64,000 nucleotides of DNA from Candidatus Uhrbacteria bacterium (GCA_016844925.1 JAERTI010000043.1:133110-197109); one strand, 5' to 3'; shown: positions 38,006 to 48,579, numbered from the stretch's first letter. Notes: generated from the sequence alone by a model not told the origin. Made by a program: numbers and translations.

Positions 38006-39487
38006 ATGAAAGAGCGTTATCTTATTGTCATTATCGTCCTTCTTGGCCTCCTGGTCGGTGGGTTATATTGGAAACTTACAAGCCAAGATGAATCACAAGG
38101 CCATGCGCTGCCACCGCTTCCTGAACCAGCCCTGCAAGAGCTTCTTCCACTTGATGAGGGGGAGCCTCTCGAGGAATCAACAACAGATCTTTTGCAACTT
38201 GGCACGAACTTTATTCGATTCTTTTGGACGCCAGAGGATAACAAGGGGCCACTAACCGTTCTTTCCGATGATCCTGTGACGCGTGCGCGTGAGGAACTTG
38301 AGTGGGCTGATGCCGAAAGCATCTTCTCGGAACTTGAGTCCATTGGGGCACAGGCATACCGACAGTTAGCAAAAGCAGATCTCATGTGGGCGGTGATCGA
38401 GCCGGAGGATGATCAGTGGAATTTTGCCGCCGCAGACGAAGTCTTTCTCTCCAGCGATGGTCAATCTGAACCGATTGTCACCCTTTTTGCGATGCAGTAT
38501 GCCAGCGGCACCCCACCATGGATAACGGACCCAGCGAAGTTCGACAAAACCCTGGGGCTTGAGGCGCAGGAGTACCTCGAGGTACTCATTGATCGTTATG
38601 GGGAGGAGGTGACCTACTGGGAGATTGGAAATGAGATGGATCACTGGAGCGTGCTTGATGACAGTAGTGCGAAGAGCAATGTGCCAAGTGGTCGCATTCC
38701 AGAGGTGGCGACAGGGCATTCATTCACTCCGGTCGAGCAGGGCAAGTTTTACGCACAGGTTGCCGCGTTTATTCGGGAACGAGACGAGGATGCCGTAATT
38801 GTGATGCCAGGTCTTGGCGGGTTGCATGACTATGCCCTTGAGCAGTGGATCCCAGGCGTGATTGAAGGGGGGGGAACGGATTGGTTCGATGTCGTGAACT
38901 ACCATCACTATGGGGCATGGGATGAATACCTAGAGGAGCGTGAAGCTCTTGCGGCTCTTCTGCAGTCGTACGGCATCGAGGATAAGCCTGTTTGGCTGAC
39001 GGAAACAGGATCGACAGCTGATCCAACGCTCACCAATCGCACGCGCTACCCAAACTCTGAGCGCACACAGGCGGCGGACGTCTTCCGTCGTATTGTGCAG
39101 GCCTGGGGAGCGGGGGATGAGCTGGTGCTCTGGCATTCGTTTATTGGCGCGCTCGACTCACCGACAAACACGTGGCGTGGATATGCGCTGATTGATTATC
39201 ACGGTGAGTCACGCATGGCCCATGAGGCCTTTACGCTTTTAAGTGAGGAGCTTGTACCATTTAAATCCGTCGAGCGCATCGAGGACGTTTCTGCGGGGCA
39301 GCATGTGTATCGCGTGACTGTGGCTGACGGGGCCGAGAAGTACGTTGCCTGGGGAGAGGGGCGTTGGCGCGCACCGATTGGAATGAGTGAGTATGCATCG
39401 GTGGTGATGGAGGTTGGATCGCCGGTGCTGTGGAATACCGTTCATGAATCGATTGAGCTGACAGAGGAACCCGTGTTGGTTCGATAA
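38006..39487 (+). CDS. Membrane-anchored clan GH-A glycoside hydrolase (GH5/GH39-like)
   Basis: WEIGNE acid/base, DVVNYHHY, KPVWLTETG nucleophile. Confidence 0.8.
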   Translation: MKERYLIVIIVLLGLLVGGLYWKLTSQDESQGHALPPLPEPALQELLPLDEGEPLEESTTDLLQLGTNFIRFFWTPEDNKGPLTVLSDDPVTRAREELEWADAESIFSELESIGAQAYRQLAKADLMWAVIEPEDDQWNFAAADEVFLSSDGQSEPIVTLFAMQYASGTPPWITDPAKFDKTLGLEAQEYLEVLIDRYGEEVTYWEIGNEMDHWSVLDDSSAKSNVPSGRIPEVATGHSFTPVEQGKFYAQVAAFIRERDEDAVIVMPGLGGLHDYALEQWIPGVIEGGGTDWFDVVNYHHYGAWDEYLEEREALAALLQSYGIEDKPVWLTETGSTADPTLTNRTRYPNSERTQAADVFRRIVQAWGAGDELVLWHSFIGALDSPTNTWRGYALIDYHGESRMAHEAFTLLSEELVPFKSVERIEDVSAGQHVYRVTVADGAEKYVAWGEGRWRAPIGMSEYASVVMEVGSPVLWNTVHESIELTEEPVLVR

Positions 39488-39625
39488 GATCATGAAGACA
39501 CCCTTGAGGTAAAGAGGGTGTTTTCTTTTTGACAAAACGCAAAAAAATGACTACACTCAATTCAGAAATTGCGTGCGAAGGACGCGGCCACGGGCCGTTT
39601 TTTGTTTTGCTCACTCTCCATGCTT

Positions 39626-41782
39626 ATGCTCGACCTTTTGAAAACACATTTTGGTTACGATGCGTTCCGTCCATTGCAAAAGGACATCATCGATACCATT
39701 GTTTCTGGAAAAGACACACTCGTTTTGATGCCTACGGGAGGAGGGAAGTCTTTGTGTTACCAGCTTCCAGCGCTCGCTCTCCCCGGAATGACACTCGTGG
39801 TCTCACCGCTTATTGCGCTGATGAAAGATCAGGTGGATGCGCTGTGTGCGAACGGGATCTCTGCGGCGTTTATCAATAGCTCGCTTACACCAAGTGAGCG
39901 GGAGGCGGTGATGGAGCGTGCGCGCTCTGGTGAGTTGAAGATTTTGTACATCGCTCCGGAACGAGTCGACTCGTATGGTTTTTCAAGTCTCCTTGATGCG
40001 GTCGAGATCAGCCTCTTAGCTATCGACGAGGCGCACTGTATCTCGCAGTGGGGGCATGACTTCCGTCCGGACTATCGGAATCTGGGGATGCTGCGCAGGA
40101 AGCTTGTGGGAACACCGGTGGTCGCACTAACGGCTACGGCGACGCCCAGAGTGCGTAAAGACATCCTTGAGCAGCTCATCATGCCCAAGGCGGAAGTGTT
40201 TGTTTCGAGTTTTAACCGAGAGAATCTTTTTTACAGCGTCCGTCCAAAGTACAACGCGATGTCTCAGCTCGTGGAGTTGTTGCAGGCCCATGAGGGGGAA
40301 TCGACGATCATCTATTGTTTTTCACGCAAGAATACAGAGGAAATTGCCCAAGCCCTGACGCGTGCCGGGCTCCCGGCGGAAGCGTATCACGCGGGGCTTC
40401 CTAAGCGTCAGCGTATGCAGGTGCAGGAAGAGTTTATCCGTGACGAGACGCCGATCATTGTGGCGACCATTGCCTTTGGGATGGGGATCGACAAGCCGGA
40501 CGTGCGGCTCGTGGTGCACATGGATTTGCCAAAGACCATCGAGGGGTACTACCAAGAGACGGGGCGCGCGGGCCGCGACAGTTTGCCGAGTGAGTGTGTG
40601 CTGTTTTATTCGTACGCGGATAAACGAAAGCAAGAATATTTTATTAATCAACTTGGCGACCGCCAGGAGCATGCGCTCGCGACCAGGAAGCTCGAGGACG
40701 TGATTGTCTACTGTCAGAGCGATGTGTGCCGGCGGTTTATCCTGCTCGCCTACTTTGGGGAGATCGACGCGGCGACCTCTTGTGAGGCTTGTGATAATTG
40801 TACGGAGCCTGCAGCAGAGCCCGTAGAAGCCACGGAAATTTCACAAAAGATTCTCTCAGCTGTGCTGCGCACGGGAGAGCGGTTTGGTGCCGCGCATGTC
40901 TGTGACGTGCTGCGTGGCTCAAGAAAGAAACGGATCCTCGAGCTGCGGCATGATGACTTGTCTGTGCATGGGATCGCGCGTGATGTGTCGGCTGGGGCGT
41001 TGCGTGAGTATACGCATGCGCTGAAAAAATGTGGCTACTTGCAGCAGAGTGAAGGGGAGTACCCGACGCTGCAGGTGAGTAGCAAGGGAAAGCAGGCGCT
41101 TGTGAATAAAGAGGAGATCATGTTGCCCGTGGTTGTCATGGAAGAAAAGAAGAAGGCACGCAAGCGGCGGTCGGGAACAGACTTGGCATACGACGTTGAG
41201 CTGTTTGAAAAACTCAGAGCACTGCGTAAAGAGATTGCCGATGAGCAGAACGTCCCACCGTTCGTAATCTTTGGAGACAAGACCCTCTATGAGATGGCGT
41301 TCTATTTCCCATCGAACTTAGATGCGTTTTCTGGATTGTTTGGTGTTGGAAGGAAGAAGCTCGAGGCGTTCGGGGAAGCGTTCTTGGCGTGCATCGCCGA
41401 GGAGGTCGCCGCACGCGGGCTCGAGGAACGGTCGGTCCCAGTAAAAGCATCGAAGCGTCCTAGCACCAGAGCGGCGCGCACGAGTGGGACTCTCGAGGAG
41501 ACAAGGGGGCTCTTAGGTGAGGGGTGCTCGATCGAAGAGATTGCCGCACGCCGAGGGCTGGGTTCAAGGACGATCGTGCATCACATTGAGAAGCTGGTGC
41601 TTGAGGGGGACGATATAACGATCGATCACCTCAGGCCGAGTAAAGAGGTGTTCGATGAGATCGAGGAGGCGTTCCGTGCAACAGGTGGAGTGACGCTCAC
41701 GGCCGTGTTTAAGCGGTTGGGGGAGAAGTATAGCTACGATGATTTGAGGCTGGTGAGGTTGTTTTTGTCTGATCAGGAGTAG
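39626..41782 (+). CDS. recQ: DNA helicase RecQ
   Basis: MPTGGGKSLCYQ, DEAHC..WGHDFRP, TATA, AFGMGIDK, QETGRAGRD, Zn Cys, RQC, HRDC, C-terminal HTH. Confidence 0.97.
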   Translation: MLDLLKTHFGYDAFRPLQKDIIDTIVSGKDTLVLMPTGGGKSLCYQLPALALPGMTLVVSPLIALMKDQVDALCANGISAAFINSSLTPSEREAVMERARSGELKILYIAPERVDSYGFSSLLDAVEISLLAIDEAHCISQWGHDFRPDYRNLGMLRRKLVGTPVVALTATATPRVRKDILEQLIMPKAEVFVSSFNRENLFYSVRPKYNAMSQLVELLQAHEGESTIIYCFSRKNTEEIAQALTRAGLPAEAYHAGLPKRQRMQVQEEFIRDETPIIVATIAFGMGIDKPDVRLVVHMDLPKTIEGYYQETGRAGRDSLPSECVLFYSYADKRKQEYFINQLGDRQEHALATRKLEDVIVYCQSDVCRRFILLAYFGEIDAATSCEACDNCTEPAAEPVEATEISQKILSAVLRTGERFGAAHVCDVLRGSRKKRILELRHDDLSVHGIARDVSAGALREYTHALKKCGYLQQSEGEYPTLQVSSKGKQALVNKEEIMLPVVVMEEKKKARKRRSGTDLAYDVELFEKLRALRKEIADEQNVPPFVIFGDKTLYEMAFYFPSNLDAFSGLFGVGRKKLEAFGEAFLACIAEEVAARGLEERSVPVKASKRPSTRAARTSGTLEETRGLLGEGCSIEEIAARRGLGSRTIVHHIEKLVLEGDDITIDHLRPSKEVFDEIEEAFRATGGVTLTAVFKRLGEKYSYDDLRLVRLFLSDQE

Positions 41783-41874
41783 GTGAGGGGTAGGCGAAAA
41801 ATAACACTCCATCGTGATGATGGAGTTTTGTTCGTAATGTCAGCTGAAATTAGGTTGTTCTTGGAAGTCGATTA

Positions 41875-42684
41875 TCAGGTGCGGCTGTAATGAATGCCCA
41901 TGGCCAGAAAGAAACCGATGGTTCCAACGAGAACAATGGCAGCGCCTGAGGGGATGTCTAGCCAGTAGGAGCTTAGGAGCCCGCCGATGATGGCTAGCTC
42001 TGATACGATAACTGATCCGATCATGTAGGTGCGGAACGTATTTGTCAGGAGGCGACTTGTTGCCGGTGGGATGATGAGTAAGGCACTGACGAGAATGATT
42101 CCGAGAATTTTCACTCCTAAGACCGTTGCGACAGATAGGCTCATGTACAACATGAGCGTTTTTGTTTCCACGCGAATGCCACTCACGCGGGCGCTTTCTT
42201 CGTTGAGGGAAAGGTAGGTTAGCTCGCGTAGTGAGTGCAGTAGCCAAGACAGGATAATGATTGTGGCAACAGCAATGATCAGCAGGTCGGTGGGGCGAAC
42301 GCCTAGGATGTTTCCAAAGAGGAATGACAGGAGTTCTGGTTGATAGCCGCTAGTAAAACTCATGAGCACGACTCCTAGTGCCATTGAGCTCGTGAACAGG
42401 ATGCCAATGAGCGTGTCTGAAGAAAGGCGTGTACGACGTTCAAGTAAAAAGATCAGGAGCCCGATGAACATCGACCAGGCAATAGCGATGGGCAGTGGGC
42501 TGAGTCCAGCCAGGATGGCGATGGAAATTCCAGCAAGCGAAGCGTGGGCGATTCCTTCCCCAAAGAAAGCCATCTTTCTAAGAGTGGCAAACACCCCAAG
42601 GAACGCAAGAAGTGCCCCAAGGAAGATTCCTGCAATAAACGCCCTTTGCATGAATGGAAGTTGGAATAGGTCAAAAAATTCCAT
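41875..42684 (-). CDS. znuB: Zn/Mn ABC transporter permease
   Basis: FMQRA, GIAHASLAG, LFGNIL, GIILVSALLIIP, PSGAAIV. Confidence 0.9.
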   Translation of the reverse strand: MEFFDLFQLPFMQRAFIAGIFLGALLAFLGVFATLRKMAFFGEGIAHASLAGISIAILAGLSPLPIAIAWSMFIGLLIFLLERRTRLSSDTLIGILFTSSMALGVVLMSFTSGYQPELLSFLFGNILGVRPTDLLIIAVATIIILSWLLHSLRELTYLSLNEESARVSGIRVETKTLMLYMSLSVATVLGVKILGIILVSALLIIPPATSRLLTNTFRTYMIGSVIVSELAIIGGLLSSYWLDIPSGAAIVLVGTIGFFLAMGIHYSRT

Positions 42685-42686
42685 AG

Positions 42687-43409
42687 CTAGTGTTTGTGTT
42701 TCTGCTGATTATGCACCGCTGCATGTTTTCCATACAGTTCGGTGAGCTTCTGCTGTGTCAGCATGGTTTGAGGGGGGCCTGCGCAGAGAAGGCATTTGTT
42801 GATACAAATAACTTGATCAACCAGTTTTGACACCATGGAGACATCATGTGAAACCAGAAGGATGGTTGTCCCTCGTTGTTTATTTAGGTTTTTCAAGATG
42901 TTGTAAAACTCCGCTTCACCAACGATGTCGATGCCTGTTGATGGTTCATCGAGCAGTAGCAGCTCTGGTTCATTCAGAAGCGCTTGGGCAATCAGTACAC
43001 GTTGAAGCTGACCACCTGAGAGGGTGCCAAGCAAGCTGCTTGTCGCTGAAGCGGGGAGTCCAACCTCATCAAGTTTTCCTACGATGGCTTTTTCATCGAG
43101 TTGTTGTGCGACAGCCAAATTCATGAATTCCGTGACAGTAATAGGAAAATCATCTTGAAATTCAAACCGTTGGGGGACATACCCAATCTTTTCCCGGAAT
43201 GCATTAAGTGGACGGTCGAAAAATAACACCTCACCCGTGTGCATGGGTACAAGCCCCAACAGTGTTTTAAGTAGGGTGGTTTTTCCTGATCCGTTTGGTC
43301 CAATAAGTGCGGCAATCTGACCTTGATCTACACAGAATGAAATGTCATCGAGAACCTGTTTGCTTCCGAAACGAACGGAAAGATCCTCGACATGAATAGC
43401 GCTCGACAT
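42687..43409 (-). CDS. znuC: Zn/Mn ABC transporter ATPase
   Basis: GPNGSGKT, LSGGQLQR, LLLDEP, VSHD. Confidence 0.9.
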   Translation of the reverse strand: MSSAIHVEDLSVRFGSKQVLDDISFCVDQGQIAALIGPNGSGKTTLLKTLLGLVPMHTGEVLFFDRPLNAFREKIGYVPQRFEFQDDFPITVTEFMNLAVAQQLDEKAIVGKLDEVGLPASATSSLLGTLSGGQLQRVLIAQALLNEPELLLLDEPSTGIDIVGEAEFYNILKNLNKQRGTTILLVSHDVSMVSKLVDQVICINKCLLCAGPPQTMLTQQKLTELYGKHAAVHNQQKHKH

Positions 43410-43412
43410 AGA

Positions 43413-44417
43413 TTAGTTGTTCTCAACGATGGTTCGTGCATTAAACAACATTAGGTCAATGTAGGATTCACGTCCCTCCACGCCTCCGATAGGATCAAGT
43501 TCAACGATATTGAGCTGATTGTCAGCAGCGAATGCTTCGAGGTTAGCAGTGCCGAATTGTGGCTCTGAAAAAATGGTTGAGGTCTGCGCGGTCTCAAGGG
43601 CGTGTGTGAGCTCCGCCAGATATCTTGGCGTAGGCTCTCTGCCGGCGGAAGGTTCAAAGGTTCCAACAATAGTGAGGTCAAACTCATTGGCAAAGTAAAA
43701 CCATGCGTCGTGGAAATTGACCATGTTCTTGTTTTCAAGATCTGCGAACAAGTTTTCTATCTCCGTGTGTGTTTGTGAGAGTGCTTCAAGATACTCCGTC
43801 AGGTTTGCTTCAAACTCCGTACGCATTTCTGGGTAGCGTTCAGAGAGGTCCGCAGAAATATTTTTTGCGATTTGCTCGGCGTTGGAAATTGACAACCAAT
43901 AGTGAGGATCTGTTTCGCCATGTTCATGACCATGTTCATCTTCCTCCTCCTCATGATCACCTTCTTCCTCGTGATCATCGTCGTGCTCTTCTTCATGATC
44001 GTCCTCTTCTTCGTGTCCGTCCTCCTCTTCTTCAGCTTCTGATTTGAGAGCGACATTCTTGTCCACGATGACAACATCTGTCCCCTGAGAAGCAGCTAGG
44101 TCGGATGCCCAGTCATCGAGTCCATACCCAATGGAATAAATAACATCTACTCCTTGCATTTCGCGAAGCACGCTGGGAGTTATCTCAAACGTATGAGGAC
44201 TTGCTCCAGGGGGGAGGACTACATTCACAGCAATGTTCTCGCCGGCAATGTGTGCGGCAATATCTTGGAGTGGGGAAATGGTGGTAGAAACCGTTATCTG
44301 GTCATTGGTTTGAGTGGTGGTGTCTGTGGGGCTGGAGGAGGAACTCGTGTTCCATAGTACAAACAATGCCAGAGGGGCAATGACAAGTGCGGCGAGAAGG
44401 TGTTTTGTTTTTTTCAT
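43413..44417 (-). CDS. znuA: Zn ABC transporter substrate-binding protein
   Basis: SPHTFE, His/Glu-rich loop, DPHYW, HDAW.YF, LDP.G. Confidence 0.9.
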   Translation of the reverse strand: MKKTKHLLAALVIAPLALFVLWNTSSSSSPTDTTTQTNDQITVSTTISPLQDIAAHIAGENIAVNVVLPPGASPHTFEITPSVLREMQGVDVIYSIGYGLDDWASDLAASQGTDVVIVDKNVALKSEAEEEEDGHEEEDDHEEEHDDDHEEEGDHEEEEDEHGHEHGETDPHYWLSISNAEQIAKNISADLSERYPEMRTEFEANLTEYLEALSQTHTEIENLFADLENKNMVNFHDAWFYFANEFDLTIVGTFEPSAGREPTPRYLAELTHALETAQTSTIFSEPQFGTANLEAFAADNQLNIVELDPIGGVEGRESYIDLMLFNARTIVENN

Positions 44418-44420
44418 ACG

Positions 44421-44783
44421 CTATGTACAGGTTTTACAGGTACCGGTTAATTCCAGGATGTGGGTTGGTTGTTTAGGAATAGGACAGGGGACACATTCAA
44501 CGATGTCACAGGAGGCACATAAGAAGTGATCATGATGTGTTTTCTGCTGCTTCTCAAAATGCTGTTCCCCATGGTGAGAGTGAACTTCAGTAACAATCCC
44601 TACCTCTGTAAGTTTCTGGATGTTGCGATAGACAGTAGTTAAGTTGAGTGTACGAAGTTCCTGGTGAATCTGTTTTGCGGTCCAAGTGCGCTTCTCCTCA
44701 AATAGCTCAAGGATGCGGTGTCGGTCTTTGGTTTTATGGAGAGCGTGGCGCTCAAGTGTTTCTTCAATGTTGCAATGACTCAT
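44421..44783 (-). CDS. zur: Fur-family regulator (Zur-like)
   Basis: TTVYRN, HHDHFLCASC, GTCKTC; heads the znu operon. Confidence 0.8.
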   Translation of the reverse strand: MSHCNIEETLERHALHKTKDRHRILELFEEKRTWTAKQIHQELRTLNLTTVYRNIQKLTEVGIVTEVHSHHGEQHFEKQQKTHHDHFLCASCDIVECVPCPIPKQPTHILELTGTCKTCT

Positions 44784-44809
44784 AGAAAGAATGATGGTTG
44801 CTGGAAACA

Positions 44810-44838
44810 AATATGCAAATAAGTTTGCATTTTGTCAA
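44810..44838 (-). promoter_or_regulatory. Promoter overlapped by putative Zur operator
   Basis: TTGACA-17-CATATT; inverted repeat ATGCAAA-TAAG-TTTGCAT at 44813-44830. Confidence 0.7.
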
Positions 44839-44905
44839 ATCCGGTTTGATGGTCGCGGTAAGGATGGTGTCTTCTTCTTCGGAATTCCAGTAGGATGTAA
44901 GGCAT

Positions 44906-45352
44906 ATGCAAGTGAAAACAACGATCACCATTAACGCGCCCATAGACGATGTCTTTAAGGCGTTTTCAGATTTATCAAGAGCCGCAGATCTGATTGAGGG
45001 GATACAGGAGATTGAGGTGCTTGAGGGACCTGCCTGCATGGCTGTTGGAACAAAGTGGCGTGAGACGCGTGAAATGTTTGGAAAGACAGCGACGGAAGTG
45101 ATGTGGGTGACAGAGCTTGAGGCCAATAAGCGCTATGCTGTTGAGGCCCAGTCACATGGGACAAAGTATTGGTCCGAATATCTATTCGAAGAAGAGGATG
45201 GGAAAACACACGTAAGGCTAACATTCAAAGGGACGCCCATAACGTTGCTGTCAAAGATTCTAGGCACCCTCATGTTCCCACTGTTTGCAGCAGCAACGAA
45301 GAAAGCTTTACACCAAGACATGATGGATTTGAAAAAGCACCTCGAGAAATAG
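44906..45352 (+). CDS. SRPBCC (polyketide cyclase/START) family protein
   Basis: ITINAPIDDVF..D, VGTKWRETR.MFG, C-terminal helix. Confidence 0.85.
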   Translation: MQVKTTITINAPIDDVFKAFSDLSRAADLIEGIQEIEVLEGPACMAVGTKWRETREMFGKTATEVMWVTELEANKRYAVEAQSHGTKYWSEYLFEEEDGKTHVRLTFKGTPITLLSKILGTLMFPLFAAATKKALHQDMMDLKKHLEK

Positions 45353-45545
45353 TTCGAGAGGTTAAGAGGGATAGCGCTTTATAAGAACTCGCCGCTTGGT
45401 GAGTTTTTAGATTTTTTTGTTATGAGCCATGATTCATTGACAAAGCGCTTATTTTGTGTCATTCTAACGCCTCCCATTTTTAGGGGAGAAGCACTTTTCA
45501 AGACGTGGTCGGTATAACGGTTACGCACCTGGAGGCATGTAAGAA

Positions 45546-45962
45546 ATGCCCAGAGGAATGTTTCCCACCTTCAATATGCCTCAGAAGCCCTGCACCGCTG
45601 AGGAGATTCGAGAGCTTTGCCGCGAGGCTGGCATGGAGCCCAAGCAACTCAAGGAGTTGCAACTGCCAGGTTCCTGCTGCCACGGTCAGCTTGGCTTGAT
45701 CGTTGTGCTCGCAGACCCGCGGGTTTGGACACTGACCTACGAGAAGTTCGATGAGGTGCCCGAAGAGCCATTCTTCTGGTACTACCAGAGCAAGAAGGTG
45801 AAGCAGGTGCACTGGAACACCAAGCGCTCCCTTCCGTTCCTGGGTGGTCCTCCGGCCACATTCAAGTGGTACGTTCAGTACTCCACAGTGGCTACTCCTC
45901 GAGAATTGTCCGTGTTCGTTTTGGATACGAACGTGAACGATATGGGAGACCGGAAGCACTAG
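45546..45962 (+). CDS. Hypothetical protein
   Basis: G/C-ending codons, GGAGG upstream, flanked by promoter-like TTGACA and hairpins. Confidence 0.55.
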   Translation: MPRGMFPTFNMPQKPCTAEEIRELCREAGMEPKQLKELQLPGSCCHGQLGLIVVLADPRVWTLTYEKFDEVPEEPFFWYYQSKKVKQVHWNTKRSLPFLGGPPATFKWYVQYSTVATPRELSVFVLDTNVNDMGDRKH

Positions 45963-46103
45963 CGAAGTAGCTCTGGCGATCCCATCATCAACACCTGCAA
46001 CGTTCTGGCTGCCGTCTTCACGGGGCTGCGATTGCAGGAAACGACCCAAGTGACACGCACTTGGGAACTAAACAAAAAACCCGAGCACGGCTCGGGTTTT
46101 TTG

Positions 46104-46965
46104 TTGGTGACCCTACAGGGACTTCGTTGGAACCAATGGGTGGAGGAGTTGATAGGTTGGGTGCGTTTTCAACAATCAATTCCTTTTTGATTCGTGTCTA
46201 TTTAATCCTCAACGAATCCACTGCCTGTTGCCATGTCGCTTCAATCACCTGTTCATCTGTTACACCGGTCTTTACTGCGGTGAGAGTTGCGATCAGAGCC
46301 TTGTCTTCGATCAGGATAACAATTTGTTTTACAATTTCGCCCGACGCTGGTGCTCCATGCCATTCTGAGGATAACGCCGTGTACCCACCTACCATCGACT
46401 CAGTCCATTCGGAATAATCTGTGTCAATACAAGGTGGGCCGAATTCCAGACCAGACTTTTCAAAATCTGCGAGGCAGGATTCGTAGTCTGCATCGTTTCG
46501 ATCTTGAAGTTCTTCTATTGACGTCGGTGCACCCTCTGACACGGAATAAATGAAGGTTCCTTCTTTTTCCGTGCTCGTTGAAGATTCTGCGAGGCCATCT
46601 AGGTAATCAAAATTGGAAGCAAACAATGTGCGGTCCTCGGACTCTCGCGTCTCCCAATGTAGCGGATATTCAAATGAAACACCGATTTGAGCATCCTTAA
46701 AAACATTCACATCTGTTGTCGAGTTCGTGAGATAATAACTGATAAGCAAGGCCAGTACGATGCTGATCAACACTAACGGCCATAGTAATTTCTTTTTCAT
46801 AAATGTGCTTACACGTTTAAAATAATTGATGTTAAAATAACTGTACAAGTTTTAGAAAATAAACGCGACCATAAAAGTTCTGTAAATAAAGACAAAACGG
46901 TCTATTTTGGATAGTAGAAAGTTTTAAAAAATAAACACTCAGCGTCATGCTGAGTGTTTATTGGT
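46104..46965. mobile_element. Decayed islet at the 3' end of tRNA-Glu
   Basis: TTGGTGACCCTACAGGGA at 46104 vs TTGGTGACCCCACGGGGA at 46961 (16/18); AT-rich interior. Confidence 0.55.
46198..46800 (-). CDS. AT-rich membrane-anchored protein (PsbP/DUF1795-like fold possible)
   Basis: N-terminal TM; GVSFEYPLHW; C-terminal VDSLRI. Confidence 0.7.
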   Translation of the reverse strand: MKKKLLWPLVLISIVLALLISYYLTNSTTDVNVFKDAQIGVSFEYPLHWETRESEDRTLFASNFDYLDGLAESSTSTEKEGTFIYSVSEGAPTSIEELQDRNDADYESCLADFEKSGLEFGPPCIDTDYSEWTESMVGGYTALSSEWHGAPASGEIVKQIVILIEDKALIATLTAVKTGVTDEQVIEATWQQAVDSLRIK

Positions 46966-47036
46966 GACCCCACGGGGAATCGAACCCCGCTTTCCAGGAT
47001 GAAAACCTGGCGTCCTAACCGATAGACGATGGGGCC
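46962..47036 (-). tRNA. tRNA-Glu (TTC)
   Basis: GGCCCCATCGTCTATCGGTTAGGAC-G-CCAGG-TTTTCAT-CCTGG-..GGTTCGATTCC..GGGGTCACCA; encoded CCA. Confidence 0.97.
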
Positions 47037-47095
47037 GTCTTATCGATGGGCAGCGCAATAATAGCAAATAGAGACAAGGAGTCAAGGAATAGGTG

Positions 47096-47557
47096 TTACT
47101 GGTGTCGCCGCATTTGTGCGGCGTCATCGGCACTGAGGTAATCGGCGCGAGACATGGCGGCTTGTAGGGCGTTTTCGATCTCGCTGCCACGAAAGTTCTC
47201 AAGGCCATCTTGTGCCTCTTGCCATGCTTCGAGCAGACGATCCGCCTCTCCTTCACGGCCCTTACCACTGCGCTCATTGAGCCGGGCTTGTTCAAATTTT
47301 GCTTGAGCGAGCTGAACATCCAGGACAGCCAGTCGTTCCCTGCTTGCACCAGATTGTCTTGCTGCCTGAATCTTTTGCTCTACCCCCATGATTTTTTTCA
47401 CCGCCTCCACAGCGGGGTTGGGGGCCTCTTCTTTGTAAGTAAAGTCAGCGACACGTTCTTTCTCTGGTTTGTCATTGACAACCTCAAAGACAATGTCGGC
47501 ATCTTTGCCACCTTCACCTTTTGGTGGCTTTCGGCCTTTTTTTAGAAATGAGAACAT
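47096..47557 (-). CDS. Hypothetical helical protein
   Basis: 153-aa ORF, TATG start behind TAAAAT. Confidence 0.7.
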   Translation of the reverse strand: MFSFLKKGRKPPKGEGGKDADIVFEVVNDKPEKERVADFTYKEEAPNPAVEAVKKIMGVEQKIQAARQSGASRERLAVLDVQLAQAKFEQARLNERSGKGREGEADRLLEAWQEAQDGLENFRGSEIENALQAAMSRADYLSADDAAQMRRHQ

Positions 47558-47562
47558 AGAGT

Positions 47563-48579
47563 TTAGATTTTAGGGAAGAGTTTTTCGGCGAGTGAATCGA
47601 AGTTGAGCAGGAGGTGATTAAGTCGTTCATGTGAACTATAGATGAATTGTTCGTGACGTTTTGATTTGTAGAGAATGACTTTTTTCTCAAGCCATGACAT
47701 GTGCATGAAGTGCGTTACGTAGATTTTGAATCCGTGATGGAATTCTTCAAAGGTCATAGGACATACCTTTAAGTATCCACGTAAAAACCCATCAGCAAGC
47801 TTGAAGCTTTTTTCATCCCATCCATGATCAAAACAGGTGATCAGTGTACTGCGCGCTACTTCGTATCCCCGCGGGGCAATACAGGCCTTGTCTAAATCGA
47901 ACGTTGCCTGCACACGACCGTCCTGTGTGAAAAAGACATTGTTATGTGTGAAGTCGCCGTGAATGAGGCAATCGATCTCTGGTCGAAGTTCGGCGACAGT
48001 TAGGGGATTCGCGTTTATGAACGCCTCTTGGAGGCGGAGGTTTTTGATGGCCACGGTTTCTACTTCTCGCTTAGATGATTCGTGCTGATACATGTATTCA
48101 AGCGCGAGTTTGTCTGAGGTGAAAACATCTTTGTTCCAAAGGGTGATGGGCTGAACATCTTCACGATTGCAGGTCAGACCAATCTGATGGATGCGGCCAA
48201 GCATTTCCCCAAGCTGGGTTGTGAGGGCTGTTGTGAGCTGCTCTGAGGACCGCGTCTCGCCATCGACAAAAGGGAAGACTCCCCACCAGGCATCGTCAAA
48301 ATAAAACGCTGCTTCTCCATGTTTATCGCGAACGGGTGTGATGACAGGAATCCCGCCCTTAGCAAAACGTTCCTGTGCCACGGTAATGTCGTGGATGCGT
48401 TGTGTGTCCAGTGTGTTGTAGCGTTTGAGAAAGTAACGTTTGTTGCCACTGGAAAAGGTGAAGTTCTCGGTTGTGAACCCGCCAGATATTGGCGTGAAGT
48501 TATCAACTGAAGCAAGGCCATACAGCTCTTTGAGCATGATGGAGAGTGTAGTGAAGGCTTGTAGGCTCAAGCTCGGCAT
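47563..48579 (-). CDS. APH / type II homoserine kinase-like phosphotransferase
   Basis: YFLKRY, LGRIH, IHGDFTHNNV, FDLD. Confidence 0.85.
   Translation of the reverse strand: MPSLSLQAFTTLSIMLKELYGLASVDNFTPISGGFTTENFTFSSGNKRYFLKRYNTLDTQRIHDITVAQERFAKGGIPVITPVRDKHGEAAFYFDDAWWGVFPFVDGETRSSEQLTTALTTQLGEMLGRIHQIGLTCNREDVQPITLWNKDVFTSDKLALEYMYQHESSKREVETVAIKNLRLQEAFINANPLTVAELRPEIDCLIHGDFTHNNVFFTQDGRVQATFDLDKACIAPRGYEVARSTLITCFDHGWDEKSFKLADGFLRGYLKVCPMTFEEFHHGFKIYVTHFMHMSWLEKKVILYKSKRHEQFIYSSHERLNHLLLNFDSLAEKLFPKI

Noticed and set aside
43920-44040. Imperfect tandem repeats in znuA
   Set aside because: Encode the usual His/Glu-rich loop of Zn-binding proteins.
46104-46135. Second tRNA gene
   Set aside because: Only ~18 nt of acceptor/T-stem similarity, no cloverleaf; treated as an att-like remnant.
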